A DNA stretch of 63,298 bases, filler included, from Octopus bimaculoides (taxonomy: Eukaryota): the NCBI RefSeq assembly GCF_001194135.2. It is 5 parts of 4 records of this genome, joined end to end, with 100 filler letters (N's around TTAATTAATTAA, not from the genome) between each part and the next. Parts side by side here need not be neighbours in the genome. Positions count along the whole stretch, not along the records: positions 1 to 15,595 come from NC_068985.1; positions 15,696 to 42,061 come from NC_068991.1; 3 more parts are not named here. The stretch is one strand, 5' to 3'. The notes under the pieces were generated by a model. That model had not been told where the DNA came from. It made no database searches and saw nothing but the letters and a program-made list of their open reading frames with translations. This document shows positions 12,540-25,474 of this stretch, in pieces. Within the stretch, counting starts at the first letter, position 1. Each line of letters begins with the position of its first letter. A program made the translations under genes and the position numbers.

Positions 12540-13563
12540 ATTGCTGTTCGGATGGATGCCGTTAAAAACGTAAGAAACTACCTCGATGAAATTCTACAAG
12601 TTCTTCAAAGCATCGTCGACGATGAAAACGAGGCAACTGAGACACGGAACGATGCTATCTTGCTATTTAACCGTATACTCCATTACGAATTATTCGCATT
12701 GTTTGGTTTCTGGAATAGTGTCCTCACACGGATCGATCGTTTTCAAAAGAGGCTTCAGGATCCGACAATGGATTTCAATGATGCATCTTTCGACTTGAAA
12801 AGGTCTCTACTATTTTATCGCTTCCAGAGACGTTTAAGTGGCTGATTCACTCGAAGAAGGACTGAGCATTTGCAGAAGGTGGCAGGTTGACGTCAAGCCA
12901 TGTCGAAGATCTCAACGTGTCATTCACGATGTTTCCATCAACGCTGAGCTAACAGCAAAATAAATAACATGCGAAAAACAATGCATGTGGCCGTCGACCG
13001 TCTTCTTAAAGAAATGAACGCGAGGTTTTTCCGGTTGCACGATCTTGACGCTAAATTTGGCTTCATTATCGATGTCCAGTTTCTGCGTAATGGCAGTTTT
13101 GCGGATCTCCGGACACGTTGCAATACCTTTGGAAACGTCTACAGCAACGATATCGATGCAACCGAACTTTTCGAAGAAATCCTCGATTGCAGAATGCTAC
13201 TTGCAGGTCGCGAACACCTCCAAATATCAAATCCTGAGGAGCTTCTCCAATTTATCGTCCAATATGAAGATGAAAGTGTGTTCCCTAACCTTCGCGTTGC
13301 GATACAGATTCTGCTGACAGTAGCTGTTTCCATTGCTGGTTGCAAGAGATCCTTCAACAAGCTGAACCTGATCATGTCCCCCCTGCGAGCTTCTATGACA
13401 CAAGGAAGGCTCCGTGACCTCGCGTTGCTGGGCATCGAACGAGAAGAAGTCATATCCAGAAGTGAAATGAAGAAGTTCTAAAGGTGACAGAAGTCTTTTA
13501 GGTAAGGCACTTAAAGGATCAGTTAATTTTTGGGAAGTGGGAAAGCTTGTGAGCTACGCCACG
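12540..13563 (+). mobile_element. hAT transposon 3' half (ZMYM1/SCAND3-like transposase with C-terminal dimerisation domain), frameshifted
   Basis: ORFs 12552-12845 (FWNSVLTRIDRFQKRLQ) and 12969-13481 (VFPNLRVAIQILLTVAVSIAGCKRSFNKLNLIMSPLRASMTQGRLRDLALLGIE) match the hAT C-terminus. TIR-like GCTACGCCAC at 13553-13562. Confidence 0.85.
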
Positions 13564-13574
13564 CACGAAGCAAT

Positions 13575-14470
13575 CCGTCGCGCTTCAGATGATGGCTTTG
13601 CAACAGTTGCGGTACTGAGTAAAAGTTGTCCATTTTGTAGGAGTACGTGATTTTCTCCATGCGCAGAAGGCCATGTTCGTTTCATGAACTACTGCAGTGC
13701 AGCTATGGGTGAACCACTTGAAAGACTTTGGGGTTATGAGTTTTGGTTGTGTGGTATGTAAGAGGATGGTATCAGTCATTCACCTAGCTGTTTCTGACGA
13801 TCCAAGGATGAAAGACAAGTGCACCAGGCTTTGTTAATATACAGCTAGCTCATCTTCGACCAGGCAGCTGACGTGAGGTGCCATAAGATATGGAAGATGG
13901 GTGTGTTATGTAGAAGTGAGGTGGATAATCGAGATAAAGCAATGTCGGACTATCCGATATGGGCATTAGTGATAGAGGCTGAATTTGAAGGTGAGAAAGC
14001 GATCGGAAATGTTTGAAGTACTGTGTGTCGATCAAGGCTGTGTGAAAAGATGGCACTTATTGATACAAAGAGTTTAGAATTTCAAACGATTCTGTTTTTG
14101 TACCGGCATTATTTCTTTGGGCTGAAAGAAGAGATGTGAGTATTGAAGTCAGTGAAGACGATGACTTCAGAGAAGTGAAGTGTGACACAAGTCCTTGATG
14201 CAGGAAGAGAAATAGTTGAAGAGTTGTTGGTTGTACGAGGAATTAAAAAAGCGGTATAGGAAGCATATGTATTTTGAAGAGTGAGAGGAAGGACATTTGA
14301 AGCTAAGTAGCTGACATCCAGGCGTGAAAGGTATATAAATGGAAACTACGCATGACCAGACACCGCATTTTAGAATGAACTGGAGTAAAAAGAATAGCAT
14401 GGGCAACAGAGATGGATAAGGATCTGTGTCCTGGAGAAGAATAGGACGTAGCGGGTACAGGTTGGATCAG
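13575..14470 (-). mobile_element. CR1/Jockey-group LINE fragment (APE endonuclease and linker), decayed
   Basis: Minus-strand KYICFLYRFFNSSYNQQLFNYFSSCIK resembles endonuclease ICxLYRxPNS, followed by PKSFKWFTHSC...AFCAWRK, typical of the post-endonuclease region. Confidence 0.55.
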
Positions 14471-15307
14471 AATCCACGGATATTAAAAAAGGAGAAGAAT
14501 CCAGTGTCATTTGTTTTCGGTATTTACAAATATGTAGAGGGTATTATAGCGCCGCGAGAACGCGATAACAATAAGTACCAGTCGGGAATGCAGCCTGAAT
14601 GCTTACAGTTCTAAATATTTCAATATAGCTTCAGAGATTCAATTTTTTAAACAAACAAGTTCTGGCAAATCTTCAGGCAGACTGAAAATTATCTTAAAAT
14701 TAAAAAGAAACAAACAAATAAATCCCAAGGAAGAGTGATGGGACAGTACGTCTGTTATCAAGTTGATGAGCAACTTCAATGTGTCTTTTTTTGTGTGATG
14801 TGGGATGTCTGTATGTGTAGAAGCGCAATCCTAGTCTTCCTCTATGTCAGTGCTCTCTACCGCTTTTCAAACATCTTCAACCATATCCCTTCCTGCATTG
14901 AGGACATCTGTTTTACTTCATCGTTCTCCGAAGTAAGATGTCCACATCCTCTGTGATCTCAACTCTTCTTGTCTCTCACACTCATCCCATGCTAGTGTAC
15001 TGTTATTACTACTTTTACAACATCACATACTACAGAGGCAAATACCGAATTTTCTTAAATCCTCAACTTTATATCTCAATTAGTTTGATTCTCCTTTTTC
15101 GATTTTGTTGTCAACAAGTTTGAATGTGTACCGTAAAAGCCGCTCGTTCAATCTCATCAACAGTGTCATTTTTACAAGTCTCTGGAATTCGCCTGCAAAC
15201 CCGGATGTCGTCGCCCGTAACGCCGAGGAGAGAAAAAAAAATCAATAAATACAGAATCCTGACCGGCTGCTATCAGTTTGCACCAGACGCCGGCGAGACG
15301 TCAGGTG

Positions 15308-15595
15308 GGATCTAGTTCAAAACGGGGGCACCAGTTTTCATTTATGTTTTATGTAGTGTTTTTGGTACCGAAAGACTTTCAAACTTCGTATACTTATCTA
15401 TTTTGTGTTATAGAACAGAAAAAATTTTTTGTATTCGAAGTTATTTCATGTAAAAAATTGTCTTATTTCGATAATTTCAACCAATCACTGACAAGTATTC
15501 AGCTGTTTACAGTTACTCCTTTGGCAGTTTAAGCGGTTCCTTTGGCAGTTTAAGCGGTGTAAAGCGTATTTAATCTCCATTACTTCTGACACTTT
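15308..15595 (+). mobile_element. Left part of a GGATCT-ended MITE, same family as 58835-59694, cut by an assembly spacer
   Basis: Starts GGATCTAGTTCAAAACGGGGGCACCAG. 15360-15492 is colinear with ~58890-59020 (AAACTTCGTATACTT...ATTCGAAGTTATTTCATGT...AATTTCAACCAATCACTGAC). Contains a short tandem duplication of TCCTTTGGCAGTTTAAGCGGT. Confidence 0.8.
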
Positions 15596-15695
15596 NNNNN
15601 NNNNNNNNNNNNNNNNNNNNNNNNNNNNNNNNNNNNNNNTTAATTAATTAANNNNNNNNNNNNNNNNNNNNNNNNNNNNNNNNNNNNNNNNNNNN
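15596..15695. other. Artificial 100-bp scaffold spacer
   Basis: 44 N + TTAATTAATTAA (15640-15651) + 44 N; identical geometry at three other sites. Confidence 0.95.
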
Positions 15696-15730
15696 TATAT
15701 ATACACATATATAGATAGATAGACACATTG

Positions 15731-15808
<78 letters not shown>

Positions 15809-15809
15809 T

Positions 15810-16360
15810 GCAGAAGTGGCTGTGTGGCACGGTATTTCTTGCCAATGACATGGTTCTGGGTGCAGTATAGTCCGTAGAATACATGGTGAACATGATGGGC
15901 TAGAAGTTAGGATAATTGACTAATATTTAAAATGTTTTATGGCCAAGATCCAAAGTACGTTTAACAGCAAAATCCAAAGACACCTTTCTCCACTTTAACA
16001 ATCTCAACTCTTCTATGGGTTCAGCGCTTTTGATTTTATGTTCCCAGCTGCCCATTGTCGTTTGATTGGATTTCGAAATATCCCTGTCTTAGAGAGAATT
16101 AGACAGGGAGAAAGAGAGAGAGAGAGATAGTAGGGTGTGCGCTAATCTACTGAGTAAGTATAGGTCTAACGAATGCAACTTACATAATTGACAACCAAGA
16201 GCCACGTGACATGTTGCCATGGATAGTGTTTTGTCTAATCCGTACATCTTCCATATTGATACTATGGTGAAGGTCATTGCAGTCGCGGTTTTTTTGTTAT
16301 TTCGTGCAGACAGTTTCTGCTCAACACTATGGTACAACGCGTATCTAGTTTCATATGGAA
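15810..16360 (-). mobile_element. Possible decayed R4/Dong-type LINE reverse transcriptase (RT) C-terminal fragment
   Basis: Minus-strand QKLSARNNKK...IVSIWKMYGLDK...LDLYLLSR loosely follows the R4 pattern ELxARNK...INW...LDxK...RLYLPR. Weak, by-eye match. Confidence 0.35.
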
Positions 16361-16669
16361 GTATGGCAGAAAATAAGAATATTAATATTAAGCAATACTA
16401 TAAGATAAGGCATTTGAATGTCAATGAATTTACTGAGCGAAGAAGGAAGAACAAGTATGGTTATACGAGCCTAACTATCATGCAAGATTCTCATTTGTTT
16501 TCACCTTTCCATAAGATGTCACACCATAGGGAAATATTACGTTGCTTATGAAGAGGAAACTTCTGACAACTGTAAGGCCATCTGTCCATAGAAAATATGC
16601 CCCAATGAATTCCATCTGACATATGCATGTATGAAAAAAATTGAAATGATGGCAACGTGTTGATATACG

Positions 16670-16889
16670 TACGAGGGAGTGCTGGAAAGTTCCGGGCTTT
16701 CGGGAAAAGAAAATACAGGATGATCACTTAATTATGGTTTTATTCAACTTATTCCCCTTTCAAATTCACGCACATATTACAGTGGATCTTCAGTTTTTCT
16801 AAGCCTTGTCAGAGAACTCGGAAGGTTGGGTCTCCAATCAGGTCTTTCACGATACTCTAAAAGCCAAGACATTTTCAGAATCACTCGTA
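16670..16889. mobile_element. Mariner-type MITE (~220 bp, TA at both ends)
   Basis: Imperfect TIRs TACGAGGGAGTGCTGGAAAGTTCCGGGCTT and AAGCCAAGACATTTTCAGAATCACTCGTA; related copy at 36363-36561. Confidence 0.7.
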
Positions 16890-17371
16890 TATATATATGC
16901 CGTGGCATCGCTTAAGTGGTGCGGCTTTCTACACGATGGTTTGACTGGAACAGTAACGTGGAATATTGGTATTAAAACACTGATAAATACATATAAGCGT
17001 TTTGTAGGTTCTATAGCTTAATGATAATGAAGAAATTGTATATGTTGTTACGACAGACTCGCTTTTAATCCTTGTCAGAACTGGGCACAAATAGTTCGGC
17101 TGAGAATACACAGGATCAAGTGGCCCCAAGCAGATCAGGGCTCAAAAGGTTAAAGAGTGTCCAAATCCGCTTGATGTAGAAAAAGACAAGAACCATAATA
17201 TTGCCATTAGCTTAATTTTAGTAGAATTCTTTTAATGCAAGAAATCACTTATCGAACCAAGGATTCTCAATACTTCACACACAGATCAATCGGAGGAAAA
17301 GAAAAAAAAGATAATGAAAAAGAATTAATTAACTAGTGAAGGCGTTCGGTCACATTCATTGGTTAAAAGTA

Positions 17372-17402
<31 letters not shown>

Positions 17403-17519
17403 GCAAAAAATGTACGAAAATCAAATTCAAAACAGGAATTATTTTTGGTCATGAAGATTCACACAAAATGAAATCTGGCAGTGAAGAAATTTCGAGAAAG
17501 AAAGTAGCACTAAGTGACA

Positions 17520-17539
17520 TCATCATCATCATCATCATT

Positions 17540-17573
<34 letters not shown>

Positions 17574-18640
17574 CAGCCATTAGCATCGTCATCAACTTCA
17601 GAAACACCTCCGTCATCATCATCACAATCAACACCAACATCATCAACATCATCATCATCATCATCATCATCATCGACAGAATCGTGATGACGATTTTCTA
17701 CAAGTGACTCATCAAACTCATCCTATTAATTATTGATTAGTAGCATAGCGATCAACAACACAAATGCCATTATCATAATAGCCATCCTCATCATTATCGG
17801 CATCGAAATCGGAATCAATATTCGCAACAAGATAATTATCAGGATTTTAAACATAATCATTGTTTCCAACACACCAATCATGAGGGGGCCATCTTTTCTA
17901 TGAAACAAATTCTCAACAAACTTTCGCATCGTCGACATCGTCATCGGGTTTGGCATCGTGTCTTCTTTATGTACTTCTTCGTCGTCGTCGCCGTTATCAT
18001 CATTGCCGTCAACGTCGTCATCATCATCGTAACAATCATCATCTTCATCCTCCACCTCCTCCTCCTCCTCATCATCATCATCATCATCATCATGATGAAA
18101 TGTATCAGGGCGATTGTCATCGTAGTAATGATGATGTTAATTATCGTCATATCAATCAAGACTATCTTTCTTATCATCAGTGCCGCCGCCATACAGCATC
18201 AGCATCATTAACATCACCGATGTTAATGATAATCAACATGATTATCAACATCGATATTATCTTCCTCCCCTTCATTTTCCTCCTTCCCTCATCCCACCTG
18301 TCCTTCTCCTCATTCCCCTCCCATTCATTCGTCTCCTCCTCCACCACCTCTTTCCTATCATCTGCCTCTTTCCCATCCTCGTACGTCTTCTCCGTCTACC
18401 ATCTCCTGCCACATCTTTCACCTCTTCCACCGTCACCATCACCTCCTTCTCATCATCTTCCCCGTCGTCCTCATTTCTTGACATCATCTTGGACTTCATC
18501 GTCATTTTTGACTTCATCATCTCCGTTGTCGTCGTAGTCATCATCATCATTATCACCATCATCATAATCACCTTTGTCTTCGTCGACGTCGTTATCGTCA
18601 CCACCATCGTCATCAGCGCTATGGTCATCATCGTCATCGT
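17520..18640. repeat. Degenerate (ATC)/(GTC)/(CTC) trinucleotide-rich region
   Basis: Read directly from the sequence; source of the poly-I/H/M/D ORFs. Confidence 0.9.
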
Positions 18641-18854
18641 TATCGACATCAACATGATTGCCATAATCGATATCACACAACGGCTACTTCCATTAAATAA
18701 TATTGTTTTTTTTTTCACTTTCAAAAAGAAAAAGAAGAAAAAGGAAAACCGCGAGGTTTCATTTTAATCTTAATTCTATTTATGTATTTATTTATTCTTT
18801 CATATCCTTATTAATTTATTAGAATATTACTACGGAGATTAGACAGTATGAATT

Positions 18855-19381
<527 letters not shown>

Positions 19382-21263
19382 CACAACATCAATAAAACAA
19401 ATGTGCTATAAGGGAAGCCATTAAATGCGTTACGATTTCCAATTTTTAAAAAAAATTGCATTCAGACGTCATCATTTTTTTTTTAATATCTGTGAACTGA
19501 TATCATGAAAGAGTCAGATGGGTGGGGGAGATGTAGGAAGAGAGAGAGGGAGGATGGAGCGAAAGAAAGAATGAAGGAATGTAAGTGAGAGAGAAAAAGA
19601 AAGAAATAGAGCCAGTAAGAAGGGTCCGAGAGGGAGGCAAGACTATATATCACCTCATACTAGCCATTGTGTATTCTGTAGTTTTAATGACATTGGTAAT
19701 GCATCGGAGAAACGAGACAAAACAAAATTAAAATAAAATATTGATGTCTTACACATTTTAATATTGATAATGTTGAGGGCAACAAAAGGGCAGAATTTGT
19801 GGAACTCCAGACTGAATTAGTAATAATCTGCTTCAAATGCTCTCTGTTGAAAATTCGACAGGTTTGGCTTTATGTATTTCGCATTCCCAAGAGCTTAAAT
19901 TGAATACCAGTGTCATAAGGACGTTACAAATTATTGACACAGTAACCCTCGGACCTCAAATATGCATTTGTATTCATCGATAAGGTATGCAATTTTGTAA
20001 GGGATTGATTCAATCGTTGCAGGTTTCCAGTAGGTCTCTCACCGCCCCCATTTCTTTTTTGTCAAGGGAAACATCAATGGAAGAATTACGAATGGTTTTA
20101 TTCGAAGCGCACAACCTGAATTTTTGCCGCAAGAAGAACCTTTAATAGATTTTTACATTTTTAAAAAATATTTACATGTATATATGTGCAAAACAAAATT
20201 TTGGCAGGAGCGTCGCTTATGCAGTATTTCGTATTTGACTTATAAATAAGCATGCAACAGTCAATTATTAAATTTAAAAGTTGCCAAACCAACAATACGC
20301 CTAATATGCCCCAAGAAATCTGAATTGGGTAGAGCAAATGTATTCTAGATCGGATTATACCAATGATAAAGAAAAAAAAAACAACTCCCTCTATGGGAAA
20401 CAACAAATGATGTTATAGTTTGGTTCCATAAATATGAGCATCATAAAACTTCATCTTTCGTACAGTTTGATATTTCGAATTATTATTCATCGATCTCCCC
20501 AATTTTATTAAATAAGGCAATCATATTCGCCCGCAAGTATGTAGAAATCTCAAGCTTGGACATTTAGTCATTTATTTCAGATGTTTAACTTCCAAAAATT
20601 AATAGTGTCACGGTCAAAGGTTCATATAAGAGGTCACTTGTCCTACAGTTTATACAGAGAGTTACCTGGCTTCCGTGGTCTGTGAGCGACAAAGATCGTA
20701 ACAGTCCCACTCCACGGGACGCGATTCCATGAGAGGGTTAATCTTTTAGCATTCAGTTGACTGTCACCACGTGACATAAAATGGTTTTCTGAAGATCACA
20801 TCCGATGGCATATGCCACGACAGTGAGTGCTACACAATAGCTACTTTGGCACGAACCTTTAATAAAATTTTATATAACCTCCAAGAGAATACGAAACCTG
20901 ATTAATGCTTCCAGCAACATGGTTATTGTTCTTGGTTGTCTGCAAAACGGTCAACTCAGAATATTGCGACAGTTAATGAAACTATTTACTGCGCTTAATT
21001 TTCATCTAAAAGCTTCATTACTTTCTATACACAATGGCCCCCTTCATCCAAAGTAAAATAAGCAGGATAAATGTCTACGACATAATGGCTTATCATCAGA
21101 GGCAGTATTACTTTAATCTCGGTCAGTCTTCAAATCACTTCAAATTAATGCATGTCTTCATTTCTCATCGCATTTGTTCCTATAGTTCATTCCATTTCCT
21201 AATAATTAACGCCATTCACTTTTTCACCGTTTTACATCTCCATTACACCAGCATTCTATTTCC

Positions 21264-21317
<54 letters not shown>

Positions 21318-22025
21318 GTGCATTCTTTCTGCGCCTTCTGCTCCTTATTTCTCTTTATTACATTTCGCCGTCTATTTCTCGGTGACTCAGCTCAATCATG
21401 CGCGCGCACAAATACACACCACAAAAGAACGCACACACACACACACACACAACATAATTAATTTTATAAATGCAGACACACAAACACACANNNNNNNNNN
21501 NNNNNNNNNNNNNNNNNNNNNNNNNNNNNNNNNNNNNNNNNNNNNNNNNNNNNNNNNNNNNNNNNNNNNNNNNNNNNNNNNNNNNNNNNNNNNNNNNNNN
21601 NNNNNNNNNNNNNNNNNNNNNNNNNNNNNNNNNNNNNNNNNNNNNNNNNNNNNNNNNNNNNNNNNNNNNNNNNNNNNNNNNNNNNNNNNNNNNNNNNNNN
21701 NNNNNNNNNNNNNNNNNNNNNNNNNNNNNNNNNNNNNNNNNNNNNNNNNNNNCACACACACACACACACATTTATATATATATTCATACATACACGCGAA
21801 GAGTTGTGTTAGGTGTGATCGTGTAGGCATGGTGTACATTCATATGTTAGTAGCTGTATACGTTTATAAAGCTTGTAGCACTCGAAAGGCAACATCTAAT
21901 CACACCAACCACACCCACACACACACATATATATACATTTATATATATATTACCTGAATGTGTAGGTAGATGTGTATGCGCGCACATGTCTTTGCATGAT
22001 TGTGTGAGCTACATATTTATGTATC

Positions 22026-22185
22026 GGCGTGCTGGCAGAATCGTTAGAACACCGGGTAGAATGCCTTTTCCTCCATCCTCATGTTGAGAGTTCAAACTCC
22101 GCTAAGGCCAATTTAACATTTCGTCATTTCAGAATCGATAACATAGTTGCCAGCTGAGCAGTATGGTCGATATAATCGATTTAAC
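22026..22185 (+). mobile_element. SINE family B, diverged copy
   Basis: GGCGTGCTGGCAGAATCGTTAGAACACCGGG...GAGAGTTCAAACTCCGC...GGTCGATATAATCGATTT. Confidence 0.7.
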
Positions 22186-22569
22186 TATCCCTAAGTTAGA
22201 CTATATGTATATATATATGTGTGTGTGTGTGTGTAGTATGTATGTAACCAACACACTGGTTAGTTTCTCTCTCACACCTTGCATTGAAAAATAACACTAG
22301 ACCGCATCTTAAAACATATATTATATAATTGGGATATTTAATATTTTATTGTGTTTTTCTGCTTACAAAAACGTCACCTTCTCACACTTACGACCATTGT
22401 TTTGTCTTATATTCCTCAACAATTTTGCTCTTCTTCTATTTTTCCAATATATTCTCTCGAAGAATCCAATAAGCCGGAAGTAAACGTTTCAGACGTTATG
22501 CCTCATAACACGAAGTTGTAGGTGAATAACGAGACGATGTGTGACATTATTGGCTATCAGTCATGGAAT

Positions 22570-22628
<59 letters not shown>

Positions 22629-23860
22629 NNNNNNNNNNNNNNNNNNNNNNNNNNNNNNNNNNNNNNNNNNNNNNNNNNNNNNNNNNNNNNNNNNNNNNNN
22701 NNNNNNNNNNNNNNNNNNNNNNNNNNNNNNNNNNNNNNNNNNNNNNNNNNNNNNNNNNNNNNNNNNNNNNNNNNNNNNNNNNNNNNNNNNNNNNNNNNNN
22801 NNNNNNNNNNNNNNNNNNNNNNNNNNNNNNNNNNNNNNNNNNNNNNNNNNNNNNNNNNNNNNNNNNNNNNNNNNNNNNNNNNNNNNNNNNNNNNNNNNNN
22901 NNNNNNNNNNNNNNNNNNNNNNNNNNNNNNNNNNNNNNNNNNNNNNNNNNNNNNNNNNNNNNNNNNNNNNNNNNNNNNNNNNNNNNNNNNNNNNNNNNNN
23001 NNNNNNNNNNNNNNNNNNNNNNNNNNNNNNNNNNNNNNNNNNNNNNNNNNNNNNNNNNNNNNTATATATATATATATATATATATATTTTGATATTTTTC
23101 GTATATACATATATATATACAAGCACGCAGGCTTTTACAAAAATTTTAATATGTACCATACATAGCATACATGTGTATATATATATTCATAAATATATCT
23201 TTGTATAAACACACACGCACACACACACACACATGCATGTGTGTGTGTATGTGTGTGAATAAATGTATATATCTAAGTACATTAATTTATCCATGAATTT
23301 TCCAAAAAAAAGCCTAACTAAAGTCACAACATACGTATGAATAAATAGCCATTCGTACAACAAGTTTATATGAAATTTCTTAATCTTCAGGTAAACCTGA
23401 ACGAGTAGTAAGTAATACAATGACCCAACTATAACCTGTAGAAAACAGTTCTTTTCTCCTATATATTACTCACCATTCTTATTCTTCTCCACCTCTCATC
23501 TACTTATATTTGGCTTCATGGAAATATAATATTATAAATCAGTTTTGAATGCTGAAATCGAAATAAGATAATAAACAGAGCAGAGGATATTACAGAATCG
23601 TTGCTATTGATGTGTCTCCCCCACTTTTTCTTTCCCCACCTCCACCTCCTGACATTCCAATATGCTATGCATATTCTTTGTTATTGATTGAATATTTTTT
23701 ATCCCTAAACGTAACAACTTTCAATACAATTTGGATTGAATGCCCTGCCACTGTTGTTACTGGCTGAAGCCAAGAAACTTTTCAGAATTTCTTTCCCAAT
23801 CACTATACAAACTGATTCTCATTCAAATTTTAGTGCGATATTGATCTATACATATTATAT

Positions 23861-24223
23861 GGAGGTGCAATGGGCCAGTGGTTAGGGCAGAGGAACTCGC
23901 TGTCGTGGGATTCACGGTTTTGACTCGCAGACCGTGCGTTGTAAGTGTTTATTAAGCGAAAACATTCTGAAGCGCCACGAGGCTCCAGCGGGGGATTGTA
24001 GCGAATCCTGCTGTACTCTTTCACCACAAATTTCTTTCGCTCTTTATTCCTGTTTCTATTCTAGTTGTGCTTCAAAGGGCCAGCTTTCTCTATGTCACGC
24101 TGAATCTCCCCGAGAACTCCGTTAAGGAAACACGTTTCTGTGGAGTGCTCAGCCACTTGCACGTGAATTTCACGGACAGGCTGTTCCGTTGATCGGATCA
24201 AGTGGTACTCTCGTCGCCGTAAC
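23861..24223 (+). mobile_element. tRNA-derived SINE, family C
   Basis: tRNA-like head GGAGGTGCAATGGGCCAGTGGTTAGGGCAG...GGTTTTGACTC followed by a ~280-bp body. Single copy in this window, recognised from the head only. Confidence 0.6.
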
Positions 24224-24610
24224 ATATTTTGCCATAGCTGGCTAGGCACAGGAAGATTCCCTGACTTGTTAAATGCGGACCGTGGAGCGGTTCTCAAAAT
24301 TCGGTAGATCGCTGGATTTTGTCGTACACACAACACCACCCATTCGACGTAAACCAGAAACACGCGGATACCTCGAGTGTAAGCTGTACAGTTTCGATGT
24401 TCTCGATACATTTCCGGGTCCGGTGTTGCTCTGCAGTATCACTGGCAGGCCAAAGGTGTGTGTGCGTATGTGTGTGTGTGTATGCATGTGTGTGTGCGTG
24501 TACGCGTACGCGAGTGTATGTGTTTCTGTGCGTGTGTGTATAATTTTGCATTTATCACTAAATCAGCACGCACAAAAACACTCGCATATGTATATATTTT
24601 TCGTAAAAAT

Positions 24611-24671
<61 letters not shown>

Positions 24672-25439
24672 AATGCCTTTCATTTAATATCTCGAGACCA
24701 TTCGTCAATGCAACACTATTCCCCTGAAATATTAACGCTTGTTCACATGGATATGTACACCACACTTATAACGCCAGTCGTTCCGTTTCACTCACAGAGA
24801 CATATAGACGCCGAGATACCTAATATATGCTAAATCATAGTCATATTTAGAAAAAAGAATTCCTTTAATCAGAGAATTCTCCCTCGAACATACATCATTC
24901 ATGAATAGATATTTTGCACAATATTACAAATATATTTTTAATTTACGCAATATCCGCCATATTTCAAGTATCTGGTTTGTTCCGTATTAAGTATAATATT
25001 TATTTTAGGGGAATTATTAGGGGAATTATTACCTATGAATTTTATATAAATTGTTTATGTACTTATTGATTATTTCAAATAAATTAAAAATTTTAATTTG
25101 TTTCTTCTTATTTCAATGTAAATAGATTGTGTACAAGACTGCAGTTTCGTTTCTTTTTTCTTCCTCTTTCCATGCTGTTATTTGGACGTCCATATGTGAA
25201 TATTGTGTGCCACCATTATCTGTTTGTGTGTCGGCATGAATGTGTGCACAGATGCATGTACGTATGAATGTATGCATGTAAGGGTGTGCATATATGTATG
25301 AATAAGTACACGAGGGCATTTGTGTTGAAGATATGCATTAAGCAATTATGAAACATCTATACACGTATATATCTTTTCAACCTTATGCATTTATATATAG
25401 TTATAATTCTGTATATATAAGGCAAACTATAACTCTCAC

Positions 25440-25474
<35 letters not shown>

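Noticed and set aside
8683-15367. Perfect 60-bp inverted repeats as the ends of one 6.6-kb composite transposon
   Set aside because: The GGATCT termini face each other with the element bodies extending outward, and there is no shared TSD. They are ends of two separate elements.
15640-15651. TTAATTAATTAA as a biological motif or repeated site
   Set aside because: It is always centred in exactly 44+44 N, so it is an assembly linker.
22483-22509. Hammerhead-like GTTATGAGGC-ATAAC-GTCT-GAAACGTT on the minus strand
   Set aside because: The core has two substitutions and no helix I can be formed; too decayed to call.
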